Shown here: positions 24,601-37,012 of the stretch, piece after piece
How positions within the stretch are numbered: position 1 is the stretch's first letter
Layout of the letters: each line of letters begins with the position of its first letter
Source: Salisapilia sapeloensis CBS 127946
Taxonomy: Eukaryota; Protista; Oomycota
NCBI GenBank assembly: GCA_023334545.1
Contig: JAADVB010000083.1
Location: 3,433-67,432 of the forward strand
Direction of reading: 5' to 3'
Length of the DNA stretch: 64,000 nt
Notes under the pieces: generated by a model
Seen by the model: only the letters and a program-made list of their open reading frames with translations
The model's database searches: none
What the model was told of the DNA's origin: nothing
Program-made: the position numbers and the translations under genes

Positions 24601-27545
24601 ATCTTGCTCACTTTCCATTATTTCGATGCCTTCTTCTTTGTCTTCGACTATCATGCTTGGCGCATCCAAAGTACTTGCATGTGCTGGGTGAGACATCTCA
24701 CTCAATCTTGTATGGTCTCTTTCATCGCTATATGATGAATGCTCTGTAGGAACATGCTCAACGCTTTCAACGTCTTCTTTTGAATCACTTTCATAAGACG
24801 CGTTAGCGACATTAGCATCATCTTCAGCTTTTTGTTCATCTTCTATCCTGGACAAAGCAATTGCTTCATGAGTGGCAGCTTCGGGAGGCACAATGCTAGT
24901 AACTTCGCTCTCAGCTTCTTCTTCACTTTCAAACCCGTCGTCATATACCTCACTTCGATTGGTTACGGGTAAAGATTTATCAGCTGTGTAAACAGGCTCC
25001 TGGGTGTTCACATCGTCACTTTGATCGCTATAGTACTTTTCATCATTTTCCTCGTCTGTCAATGGAGCATCAGTAACTTTATCTTGGTTAGCAGTTACTG
25101 CAGACATAGGTGTAGATCTGCCTGAAAATGGCGTATCTAACCGATAGCTAGCATTCCCAGGTGCATCTTGAAATATTTCATTTGGCTCGATAGGCTGAGA
25201 AGGTGTCTTTGACTCTGGTTTAATATCATTCAAACTCGAGCCGGCTTCTGTATCGTTCTGATCTGGCTCACTCTGTTCCTCATCACTTCTTTCAAATTTA
25301 TCATTGTACACTTCACTTCGATAAGTGGACTGCAGTGGTGTCTGTGTTTTCAGTTCATCTTCATTCAAACCTAAACTAGCTTTTCCATCGTCACTATCAT
25401 GTTCTCTCTTTTCCTCGTCACTCCTTTCGAATTGGTCATCGTACAGTTCGCTTCGATGCGTAGGCTGAAGAGGTGTCTGTACTACAGACTCGTTCCCTAT
25501 AATTTCCAAGTCAGCTTCTCCATCGTCACAATCGTGATGATTGCCTCCGTCGTCACTCCTTTCATATTGAGCATCGTACGTTTCGCTTCGATGAGAAGCG
25601 TGAGGAGGTGTCTGGACTAGTGGTTCATTTTCATTCATGCTCGAATCAGGTTCTTCGTTGTCATGCCCATGTTCGCTCTTTTCCTCCTCACTTCTCTCAA
25701 ACTGGTCATCATAAAGTTCACTTCGATGAGTAGCGTGAAGAGGTATTTGTACTACCGATTCATCGCCTTTTAAATTTAACTCAACTTCTTTTTCATGGAT
25801 ATTGCGCTCGTCGCTTCCATTTCCATGTCGTTCCTCTTCTGGTAATCTTGGCCTTGCTGTTTGCTTATTGCTAGTAGCAGTCACAGAGCTTCGGGCGGAC
25901 AGCGAGTCCATCTTTTCGGAAGAATAGTCATCGCTTTCAAAACCATCATCATAGACTTCAGTATGTGATGTAGACGGAATTGGTGTGGTAACTTTTAACT
26001 TGGCATCCTGGACTTTGCAAATCTCGTCCTCCTCATTTCCAGTCATTTCTGCTTGTAAAATTTTAATATCCTCACGCCTTTTATTCAAGTTACCATTTCC
26101 ACTTGACTTTAGAGTAGACTCAGTCTTCTTATCATGCAATGAAGACGTAGCAGCTGTAGTAAGGCTATCGTTCGCTGCACTGAGATGGAAGTTACCACGA
26201 CCTGTCAAATTTTCGTTGCTAGCACATCCGGGAATCCTACTCTGATACATCTGATCTTGATCTTCATTTTCATTTAGCACGTATTCCCCAGTTATAAGAA
26301 TTTCTTCTTGCCTACTACTTGATGTTATTTTCTCCTTCGAATGATCATCAACCACCGTCATATCTGCATTCGATAGCGTCTCAAAAGATTTCGGCTCCGC
26401 AGTGTAATCATTGTTATTCTCACGTTGCTTTGTCAGTTCCAGCATCTCGGCTATAATTGACTGAGCGGTTAGTACTCGCTCCAGTTTCTGTCCTGGTCGA
26501 AGGACCAACGGGTTCTCTAGTGAAAAGCAAGGGAGGTCCACTCCGCGAGCACGTAGCTCTGGTCCAGCAAAGTCCAGGTCATTGTACATTTTCACAAAGT
26601 AGTTTTGACCTCTCCATAGAAATGGAGGAGGTCTTGGTAATTCTCGTCCTGCCTCTAGCATCCATTCAACAATGGCTTCCACTACCTGTATGCCTTTTAC
26701 TTGAAGTTCCTCCGCCAAAGCCTGCGCCATCCTCGTTGCTTCTCGGGTATTGTTTAGCATTGCCCCACTGCCAACTTTCCTCTTCGAAGCGGATTCTAAT
26801 GGAGCTGGCGCTACTCGCCGTCGGTACTGTTCATCACGAGCCTTTGTCGGCGCAGCTTCTGCCGGACGAGAAGGAATGAGAAGAGGGTCCTGAACTGGAG
26901 TGCATAAGATCAACGCGTTCAGTTGGTAAATTAGCGTTTCACGGTCATCTATCGCCTTAAAAACCTTCAGTCGTAGCTTCTCTTCTCGCTTCACAAGAGT
27001 ATTCGTATGCTACACGCAGCAGAGGATGTCAATCGATATATCATTGATAGCGCTGGTCTAGTTGATACCTCAGATCGTTTCGTTGGAGACCCCAGTGGTG
27101 CAAGTCGACGCTCACTCCCAGGACGTCTTGGAGTTACCATTCTTCTAGTACCATGCTTTTTACCTTTTCATATTGTTAGATGTGGCGCTAATTGATGTGT
27201 ATCGGAATGACAGATACCGTATTGCGTTCTTTCATTGCGAATTTTCAGCTCCTTCTGTCGTTGAAGAGCAGCACGGTTTGGACTTAATGAAGGCTCAGCC
27301 ATCGTCCTAGGTGGATGCTTATTCGAGATGCGAGGAGGTTCGTACGTAAATCGATTATCCCAAGCTAATTCTCGTTGTCGCATTTCCTCACTAGAAGGTT
27401 TGATCATTTGTGCTAATCGAGCATTTCGAATGAATTGTGCTTTCCGACTAAGCTTCTTGGGACTACGTCGGTTTGGAGATGTGGTTCCAGCTACGGGCTG
27501 GCGTGGTTTGTGCCGAGGTAGATAGTCTTGCTCATTTGAAGACAT
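21700..27545 (-). CDS. Very large acidic protein with C-terminal HECT-like domain, apparently lacking the catalytic Cys
   Basis: ORFs 27168-27545, 22219-26994 and 21700-22029 join via introns (22257-22204, 22131-22072). HECT-like features: LWFIGWWIAQAV, QFRQLRNGFHSV, LQFVLCG, FWHVVKGFTPKRKRQLVQFITG, LPRAQ/PITNALAVPNYW. Confidence 0.75.
25231..25770 (-). repeat. Four imperfect 135-bp (45-aa) coding tandem repeats
   Basis: Anchor CTTCGAT recurs at 25316, 25451, 25586 and 25721 (period exactly 135). Peptide unit ~ESVVQTPLQPTHRSELYDDQFERSDEEKxEHDxDD. Confidence 0.85.
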
Positions 27546-27762
27546 GACTCGAATGCTACTTGGAGCCTCTTAGCCTAAGCGTATACGAAAATGTTGAAAC
27601 GCATATAGCCTAGAAGATGAAACGCACCGCTATGGTTCAACGTACTGTACAAACAAGTCGGGTAGAGATTACCGTGTTATCAGATAACGCCTACTACATG
27701 TCTCGATGGCCAGCGCTAAGCCTCTCATCTACTATCACCAAGTTGTCCAGTAACTTGGGAAA

Positions 27763-28715
27763 TTACTTGTCGGACCGTTTGGAAACAGAGTCATCATCGG
27801 TCGAAGTGTTCATGTAGAACCCACTCGTTCCAAGTAAAACGAGCCACAGTCCGGTCGAATGGTACATCCGAAGTGATGACAAATGCAGCTTTAGTTTCGT
27901 TCGGCCTGATTTCACGACAGCACCTTGCTCATTCGAGCAGCCTTCACACTGCGGATAGAATCGAAATGTAAGCTTCCTGCCTGTCAGTCTCCTCCACATA
28001 CTTTTATTCACACGCTCCGCCACGCTGATGGTAGAAAATGGGTTAGATGGTGTATAGTGTATCAAGAAGAGAATGATTACAGTTTAGGAGGCATGTGATC
28101 CGCATGGTAGCGAACGCCGCGTTTAACTCCACAAGTGTGGCAGCCGAATAACCTGCCAAACTCTTGGACAATGCCTCGCTCAACACTAGTCGCATACTCT
28201 TCCGTAGCTGGCAGTGATGCCTTTTTGAGATGAAAAGCGCCGAGGTTGGCAAAGTTACTCGGTGCCAAGGATGAAAATCTACCACCTAAGATTCGAAAAC
28301 AGAGTACACCAATCGCCATGTAGGCAGGATACGGTGCGTCTGGCAAGTCTTCCCACCGTGCTTTGAACCTAGAGCGGCCATACTCCATCAAATCAGCTAT
28401 TGACATGGACGAATTGGACCACTCGTGCGCGAGCTCCCTCGGCGTCGACGCAAAGTGGATTGCTGCGGTAGATGAAGCACACACTGCAGCTAGTCCTAAT
28501 GCTTTGGGGATGATCAACGTGGAAGCACCGACATAAATCGCCTTTTGCACAAGCTGCATGGTTGCTGTGCCTGTCACAAAGATAACGCCACCCGATACGG
28601 CGTCGGCTGCATGCGCCCCGAGACTGGAGTAAAATGCTAGAGCACGGTCACCTTTGAGCTTGTCCTCTAGTCTCTCTAATGGCGACTTGGGCTTCTTCGG
28701 ACTCCATCCCCACAT
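27763..28715 (-). CDS. Membrane-associated HNH (beta-beta-alpha-metal) nuclease-like protein of Rhs-toxin type
   Basis: ATG at 28715; hydrophobic N-terminal helices; FGCHTCG..YHADHMPPKL / VAERVN..FRFYPQCEGCSNEQG; C-terminal hydrophobic YHSTGLWLVLLG; one intron at ~28079-28023. 3' end uncertain. Confidence 0.75.
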
Positions 28716-28750
28716 TTTGGACACGAAAAAGTACTAATAATAGCTTCGAG

Positions 28751-31700
28751 ATGGAGCGGGAGGGGTCCGTTCGAAGGCTATCTCTTGCGTCGCAGCATGA
28801 AAAGCTACGATTTGGAGCACTAGCACAGGCCATTGCAGCCCAAGATCCGATATTAGAGTCATGTCGAAAAATTTTGCTTAAGAAACCTGGACAACGGACG
28901 TTGGATGATGTTCATGTTTTAAAATCTCTACTATCTTCCTCGAAGCTACTCGACTTCTTTTTGAACTTGGACTCGTTCAAGCTCGATCAACTGTATCAAT
29001 CATTGGAACTCGTCAAGTTCCAAGGCATTGGTACTTTTGTCTTTAAGCAGGTGAGAAGCAGAGTTTCCATGTCATTATTAGGTTCATAGTAAGCTTTGAT
29101 GGTACCACTAGGGAGACGAAGGTGATAGTGTGTACCTCGTTTATTCTGGACAAGGTATCATAGTACGTTTATATGCAAAGCGCACTTGTATGTTCATGCT
29201 GTTCTGTATGGTAGTGGAAGTACTTCGGTACGACGAGATGGACTTGAATAACACACTAGAGCATCGATCGATGATACATATAACCTATCTGAACGAAGGT
29301 GACTGTTTCGGAGAGCGTGCTCTCTTGTCCGACAACGATCTACGAGCAGGTACATCATTCATGAATATGACAAAGCTCTATTCCAGTCCTTACCGTGATA
29401 CGCCGTCATCGCAGCTTCCATCCGACTCTCGAAAGATAATGTGGAGCTTGTCATGCTCAACCGACTTGTATTTAAAGATTTGTTAGCAGCATCTAAGGAA
29501 GGTAATGAGGAAGGGGCGGGGATATCAAAGCACTTTCGCTCGAACAAAGACATCATCCGCAACATATTTATCCGCAGTCCGAATCGTAGATCCGAAAAGG
29601 ATTTAAAGTTTGCTGTGGAATATTTGCAAAGCGTCAAATTCTTTTCTCGCTTTTCGTTCGAAGTCCGAAAGCAGCTTTGTCGTGCGATGCACTTTATCTC
29701 CACAGTTTCCAATACGGTCGTGTTTTCAGAAGGAGACTTTGGTCGCCATTTCTATATCATCTTTTCTGGCAAAGTCGAGGTCTCTGTACGCACGGTGAAC
29801 CGTTTTAACTCCACTTCCAATAGTGTAGTTTCGACACTTTCGGAAGGTGATTCGTTCGGGGAGCTGGCTCTCGTAGACGAAGAAGGCGTACGTCGAGCTA
29901 CTGTCACGTGCACGAGTTACTGTGAGTTCCTTGTCATTAGTCGCGATGAGTATGGCCCGCTCATTCAAAAGTATCAAAACGAAAGCCATCTACAGTACGC
30001 GCAGCTTTTGCGAAAGAACCCATACTTCACCGGGCCCGAATGGGATGACGATACAATCGAAGGTATGTGCTCTGTCATGCAAGAAAAGATGATTTCATAT
30101 GCCGGAGAAATCTGTAAGCAAGGATCTAGAGCGATGGAATTGTACATTATCGTTCGAGGCGAATGTGTGATCACTCATGAAGGCAAGCATCCGATGACTG
30201 GTGTGATAAGTCATTATACACTTGGGCACTACGGCCCAAATTCTGTCCTTGGATGCGCAGAAGCCTCCGCTGGTAGCTTCAACGATATCTACACCCGTCC
30301 ATACACGATTCGAGCTGAGTCACCAGTAAAGCTACTCGTCCTATCACGCTTCGATATTTTTCACTTGATGCCAGTAGAGGCTCGTGAAAGTCTGCAGAAG
30401 TCATCTCAAGTTGATCATCAGATAGAGTCGTTTGCAAGTCGTGCCTTGAAGACGGTAGTGTGGGAAAAATATCGGCGTGAATATGTATTGAAGGCGATTG
30501 CTAGGAGTAAACATCCAACACTTACAAAAGCTATTTCAGCACCTACTCTTGGACGAGACACGTTGCTAAAGTCAATTGTGGATCCTGGGGTGCTCGACTT
30601 GGAACGACACGAATTAATAAAGTTCAGCCGACTACCACCATCAAGAAAAGCAAACAGGACTGGCAAAGCTCTTGGTTCCAAGCCATCGTCCATGCCTGAA
30701 GAACTAGAAATCAGCGTACCGGTGAATGAAACGATTGTTGATAGCAGCATATCGAATATATCACCAGCCTCAAAGCCACCTTCGCGACATTCCATCGTTC
30801 TCGGGGGGTTAAATCGAACTCGGTCCGTTGAAAAACTACCACAACTATCACTGACAGAACCACGTGAAAGTTCGTCAAAAGGTTCGAGGCGGCACTCAAT
30901 TGAACGCATAAAGTTAGAGCGTATGGAAAGCAATATTCAAAAGTCATTGACGGATACAGGGTCGCACTTGAACATTTGGAATCCGGTACATGGTGTGTGT
31001 CAACCATTCTCTGTCATTGGGTTTTTGCTAGAAAAGAGCAAAACTTCGACGCCGGCTACTGCAGTATCAAAGCGATCGACCTTGAAAAGTAGCGATGGGA
31101 GGCCAACTAGTCAATTATCTAGCTCGAGATCTACAAGGTCTCTCGCAAGTGTATCTAGCATCACACATTTCCGAGTATTTGGCAAGCATCGAGATCTAGA
31201 CACTGCTTTGAACCTTTTCAAACATGTCTGCGAAGTTGAAAATACTGCTATTCCTGATAAGGACAGGAGTCGATTTGTCATCTACAAAGAGGATGAAATG
31301 ACAATGGCGCTTGAAAATTACTTTGGGCCCTATGGAATGGAGAATAACCAAGGCAAAATCCCACGCCAGTACAAATCAAGCGATCTCAAGCAGAATACTG
31401 GTCAGCGCTTTGCTTGTGTAAATGTTTCTGTCCAGTGTGCTACACCGACCGTTGTAGAGCATGTCGTCGTCCATGTGTACCAATGTTTTCCGACGCCACA
31501 AAGCGCTATACGTTTTGCGAAGCAAATGGTGTCGAGCACACTTACGACAAATCCTCTCTCTATTATCCCTCTCTTCACTTGGGTTAGCCTGGTAGAAATC
31601 CATCGGTTTGACCCACACAATGCCAATTTGGAAGAAGTTCTAGAGAATGCAGTACATAGCGCTCGACTGACAAATGCCGTCGCATCCGGAAGTAGCTGGA

Positions 31701-31765
31701 GAGCTCGAAAAGATGCATTGCGCAAGTCTCGAATTCAACAATCTTTCTTACTAACGAAAAACTAA
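28751..31765 (+). CDS. Cyclic-nucleotide-binding protein (three CNB domains) with uncharacterised C-terminal domain
   Basis: VFKQ/GDEGDSVYLVYSG..EGDCFGERALL..LRA; FSEGDFGRHFYIIFSG..EGDSFGELALV..RRATV; degenerate third CNB (ICKQGSRAMELYIIVRGEC). About 3 introns in the 5' part. Confidence 0.85.
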
Positions 31766-31856
31766 CATAAACAGCAACGAGAATAGGCATTCAAATGAAC
31801 GTACTGTATGTCTATTCCCTTTGGTTAAAAGCTTGTAGATGAGTTGCATGCTACTC

Positions 31857-33876
31857 CTAAAGCTTAATGCGAATGCCAGCTTGCTCAAGTGCAGAAGCGA
31901 GTATGGATAGTAGTAGCATATAGGTTGCAAGAACAGATATGGCGACAGCAGGTGGCGTCTCAATCGTTCGCATGCCCAAGTTCACACCTCCAGTTGCAAC
32001 ATTTGCCTAGGATAATAATTTAAATTTAAAAAGGTGACGGTGCCAATAAAACGAGTAAAGTCTTACGATGAGGAATACGAAGAGCTGGTTGTGACTTTCA
32101 CCGGCAAAGAGAGTCGGCGTTCTTGGAGACAAACTGGCATCAACTACCATCAGTACTATTGAGCAATTTCATAAATAGTGATATCGTACCACACAATTTC
32201 GATGCCAGCATAAACTGCGAGTAAGGCTGTGAACTGTGCCATGACCCATAAAATGTACGTGACATTCACCTAGCAAGTACCACATCATCAGCATACGTTC
32301 ATACAAGATTAAAGATAATATCTCCTACCATCCGACGAGAAGGCTCATTAAGCAAGTCAGTGCATACAACCATTGCAGCCCACAATAGACCGGACACCAC
32401 TGCAAGCGACAGAGCTAGCCATGGAAGATTGTGCATTGCCTGGCGCCTGTTCTGGAGCTGAGCAAAGATTCGACGACCAATTTCGACCGCAAAGATGTAC
32501 ATCGCGAGGTAGCCTGTCCACATGTAGAGCTCAGTTTAAGGCTATTCGAATAAAGTTTGGCATAAAATACCTGCAAGACTAAACACGCCTTCCCTATTTT
32601 GGTCAAGAAGAGACTCGCGAGGTGCGTCCATGATGTATCCTTCTCCTCCGTAGTTGATCAAGTAATTTTCATACACTACATGCATCCACATGATACTTTA
32701 TCACATGCAAGATACATATTACAAGACAATTGTGAATGCCGTACCGAGAGAAATGGCGACTGCAGCTAGTGGAGAGCGAAGCCACTCACCAAATAAGCCT
32801 AAAGCTGAGAAAAGCAGGTAGACACCAGCTAGAGTAAAGTAAAAGTTCCAGTGCACGCCGTACTCGGTCACGTGCTCTTGATAGTTGACTCCTTTCACGG
32901 TTGCGAAGCGAGCAAAGCCGAGCAAAAGGACGAGGACGATGGGACGAAAGAAATTGTACATGCGCTTTAGCACCGAATCTTGTCTATGAGTACATATTAA
33001 TATCGCATGACTGTAACAAAGGTATCGACAGTAGATCATACGACTGCTCTTGGTGTGTCGATTGGCTTTGTCTAGCGTATGGAGACACGATTGCAGAGGA
33101 CACGATAAAGCCACCCACACCAATATCCATCTACTTACCATAAAGGTAAGCGTCTGGGTTAGTAACGATGGTAATGATAAAGCGTACCACACTAAATCCA
33201 AAGGTCTCTGTCTTTGCAAAGCGGCGAGGGAAGACGGTAAAGTCCACTGCTAGGATCGCCAGACACCTGGAAGCAAAACATGAAATAAATATGTAGACTT
33301 TAAACTGTGATAATTTTTTGCTTACGTCAAGTGGAGCAGTTGGGCACGGAAACTTGTTACGAAAGAAACTTCCTTCTCCAAGAGTCGATTCATTTTGCGC
33401 TTTCGGAACTCTTTCAGTACATTTCCTTGTGCATGTCTCCGACCAACTTGATTTAACACTCCTGCACTGACATACACAACAGCCAGTAGCGGAATGGAGT
33501 AGTCTGTGTAGGTAAATGCGATCAAGTTTGGCAACGTGAGGAAAGCAAATTCCACGAGTACAATGACCGGGAGATTCTACTCCTTTCGTGAGTTCAAATA
33601 TACATGTATACCAATCCATAAGACATACCCAAGAGTCGTCATCTAGGAAACGACCACGAGTGATTTCAAGTGTCGTTAGAACCTCTGAATACAACCATTG
33701 AGCTCCCTACATCCGTATCACATGATCCGAATGAGCTACCACATAAAAATCTAAAGATTGTCGCAATATAAACGCACAGGCATCAAGGCAAAAGCGAGAA
33801 ACACTTCAGTGGCATTTGTACCCGTCAACCCAGTCACAAAAGCCTCCTTCGCACGCTTGTAATAGTTATCCTGCAT
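31857..33876 (-). CDS. GWT1: GPI inositol acyltransferase GWT1/PIG-W
   Basis: MQDNYYKRAKEAFVTGLTG; LAILAVDFTVFPRRFAKTETFG; IGVGGFIVSSAIV; NYQEHVTEYGVHWNFYFTL; ends NLGMRTIET..GIRIKL*. Many short introns. Confidence 0.92.
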
Positions 33877-34041
33877 CCTCGATAACGATCTCACGCTTTG
33901 TGTCCGACTTTTGTTGTTATCATCTCCTACCCCTCATATATCACAAAGTGCCCTCTGACACATCTCGCACCACTCAAGCGAGCAATATGACAGGTGCGGT
34001 CTTCCTCCTGTCGTTATATCCAAGTCGATCTAACTTTCGAC

Positions 34042-34950
34042 ATGACAGACTATCATGAGGAGCAGGCAATGGAGGTGGAAGCTCTGGAAGCCATCTATAT
34101 GGATGAATTCACAAGTACTAGTGTGTTAGTGTTGATACATGGATCATCGATGCTAATCGTGTTGATACAGAGCTAACGGAGGACCCATTGTCGTATGAAG
34201 TGCACATTAGTCCGCATCAGGATGGAGAAAACAATCATGGTAAATTAATTTTGTCATTTATACTGCTATGAATAGATTCTCATGGGAATGGATAGTGGCG
34301 ATCAAATTGGCATGTCGGATCCCAGAGACTTACCCAGACGTGAAGCCACATGTACGCTCATCTTTCCATCCATTTATGTAGATACATTCTGATGTCCACA
34401 GGTGGAAGTCATAGTAGAGAAGGGATTATCCGAAGCACAGAAACAGGAGACGATGGAGATTTTAGCGAAACAAATGGACGAGAATGCAGGATTCGCCATG
34501 ATCTATACCTTATGTGAAGCTGCTCGAGAATACTTGCTTGAAAACAACAACCCACCAGCAGTACGACCTAGTACCTATCCTCTTACATCCTATCACTCAC
34601 AACGTCATCTAGGGTGGATCGGAATATGAACAAATGTTGCAACGGATGCAGGTGAAAGACACGGAAGAAACACAGGAGGAAGTCCAGGAGGTACCAAAAA
34701 TCCATCTACACTATCTACACTCAACCTTAAAGAATGGCATTAGGAGGAAGAGGAACCTCAAGTCAAAGTACCTGGCACACCACTAACAGAAGAAACGTTC
34801 CGACAGTGGAAAGCAGAGAAGAAGGCAAGATTGGACGCTTTAAAACCTCCACCGGATCCAGCTATGATCGGCAAACTCACTGGTCGACAGCTATGGGAAC
34901 GAGGGCAGGCCAAGGAAGAAGAGGAAGTGGACGAACCTACGTCGGAATAA
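34042..34950 (+). CDS. RWD domain-containing protein (RWDD1/Gir2-like)
   Basis: MTDYHEEQAMEVEALEAIY; PETYPDVKP; ENAGFAMIYTLCEAAREYL; GTPLTEETFRQWK; KLTGRQLWE. About 5 introns. Confidence 0.88.
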
Positions 34951-34977
34951 ACTTGTCTTGAGACTTGATACGTATAT

Positions 34978-36186
34978 TTAGGTCCTTGGTGCTCTTGTCC
35001 CGTGGTCTCCGAACGAGACGTGTTGAATAAAAGATACACGCTTCCGTTTGCGTAAGGCAGCTGCACCGGCGCGGGGGATTTTACGTCTATTCGGCTGATC
35101 CTCTGATATGTCCCACTTAAGGTGATGGAACAGTGCTTCGGTTAATAGACTTTCATGGATCGTCCCTTGTCGTACGAGAGGCTGTACTTTGCCATATAAA
35201 TCACTGACAGTCATGGTCGGGAAACGAATGTGTTGCATAGCTTCTTGTAAGATGTCACCCAAGGATGAAGACGAGTTCTCCACACGAGCTTCACCCCACA
35301 TGACGACCGACTGCATCAATGCTACTTCTCGAATTTGTAGATCATCATGCTCAATCACCTACAATCAGAAAGTTTATATGCATAGACGTTGGAGAAAAAA
35401 TAGATGACGCACCTCGAGCAATAGTTTTTCAGGTAACATGACCAATTGCGGATTCCGAAAGACTTGATTCGCATGATAACGAACAAATCGATGGCAAATG
35501 TCACGCAAAGCGCTGAGCTCGTACATTTCGGCAGCAATGAGTAGACCAAGGACATTGTCTAGGTCCAAAACCACTTCTATGGACAAGTGAGTACGTATTG
35601 GAGACGATGGAAGAAGTGAAATACCTCCAGTGTAGATGAATAGCAGCATTTGCTTCACAACGGTCGACGATACGCCGTGCAATTCTACTTTTCGCTGACT
35701 CGATTCACGCATGCCGCCTGTCAGCATCGCGCGAAATGGCTCGGAACTAGCTGCTAGCATGAATCTATGGGCGTAGAAACACACTGGATCGTTGTTTAAA
35801 GAAGTCTCGACATCGGATGACTCCATGGCACACCGATAGATGGCTCCTTCCGATCTCGAGACACACAGAATGACATCGGCACCAATCAGCGATGCATCAA
35901 AGTAGTCTTCTCCATCGTGAATGCCACTTCGTAGTCGAGCTGATAAGTCTGCATGGTCAAAGTGTTCCGTCGGTCCTGCTGTAATTCGATGCGATCGCTT
36001 CGTTCCTCGCTTGCGAACACTCGTCTCGGAGGATGTCTCGGATCGATACTCGTCATCTTCCGTGGACATAGCTGCAGCATCCGTTGGTAAAAATCGAACG
36101 GAATGAGCCAAGGCAGAGGTCAATGGACGCCTCGAAGCAGACGATTCCGAGTCGTTGTCACTGACGTTACCACTACTCGCCTCCAT
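34978..36186 (-). CDS. BTB/POZ-BACK domain protein
   Basis: ADVILCV..FYAHRFMLAASSEPFRAMLTGGMRES..MLLFIYTG; NVLGLLIAAEMYEL; DDLQIREVALMQSVVMWG; IRFPTM. Confidence 0.88.
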
Positions 36187-36316
36187 CTCAACGCCGAGCT
36201 AAGTACCGAATAACGGTCGTACGCGAGGAAGAGCGTAGGATCTTTGGATTGGTGGAAAATGTTAGTAATTATGGCCAATGGTCGGAATGAAGTGGAGGAC
36301 ATTAGAACACGGCAGG

Positions 36317-36977
36317 ATGATTAAGGGGATCTTGATTGTGAATAACCATGGAAAACCACGCATCGTCAAGTTCTACGAGCATGTTGTACGTTGGATATAA
36401 TTGATACGAGACGTGTGCGTTGAATGATACTAATATTAACGATATTTATTAGCCCGATGCCGAGCAGCAGGCCGTGATTCGAGACATCTATACACAAGTG
36501 TCGAAGCGTCCAGATACGTTGTGCAACTTCCTCGAGGGAACGTACGGCCTTCCTTGTTAAGTACCATTCTATTCAAGACTGATATATTTGACTAGCGTTC
36601 GATATTGGGGAGATGGCGTGAAACTTATCTATCGCCATTATGCCACGCTGTATTTCGTCTTCGCCGTGGACCAACAAGAAAGTGATTTGGGTATCCTCGA
36701 TCTCATCCAAGGTATCATGTCATCCACATCTACTACGTGTATACCACTAACAATCTGCGTAGTGTTCGTGGAAACATTGGATAAGATCTTTGAAAATGTA
36801 TGTGAGCTGGACCTCATCTTCCATAGTGACAAAGTCCATTACGCACTGGACGAAATCGTCATGGGTGGCATGGTCTTGGAAACCAATATCAATGAAGTCC
36901 TCACGGCTGTGAACGACATGAATCGCCTCGACACGCTCTCCACTAGACGAACGCTACCCGGTGCAGCCAAGAAATGA
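36317..36977 (+). CDS. AP3S: AP-3 adaptor complex subunit sigma
   Basis: MIKGILIVNNHGKPRIVKFY; QQAVIRDIYTQVSKRPDTLCNFLE; LIYRHYATLYFVFAVDQQESDLGILDLIQ/VFVETLDKIFENVCELDLIFH. Confidence 0.93.
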
Positions 36978-37012
36978 AACTGTGATGTCGGAATCGAATG
37001 TTTGCTTTGCAA

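Noticed and set aside
25231-25770. Regularly spaced repeats as a possible CRISPR array or transposon termini
   Set aside because: In-frame, degenerate coding repeats with no unique spacers, no cas or transposase genes, and a eukaryotic context.
32016-32032. TTTAAATTTAAA palindrome
   Set aside because: Short A/T-only sequence inside a probable GWT1 intron; expected by chance.
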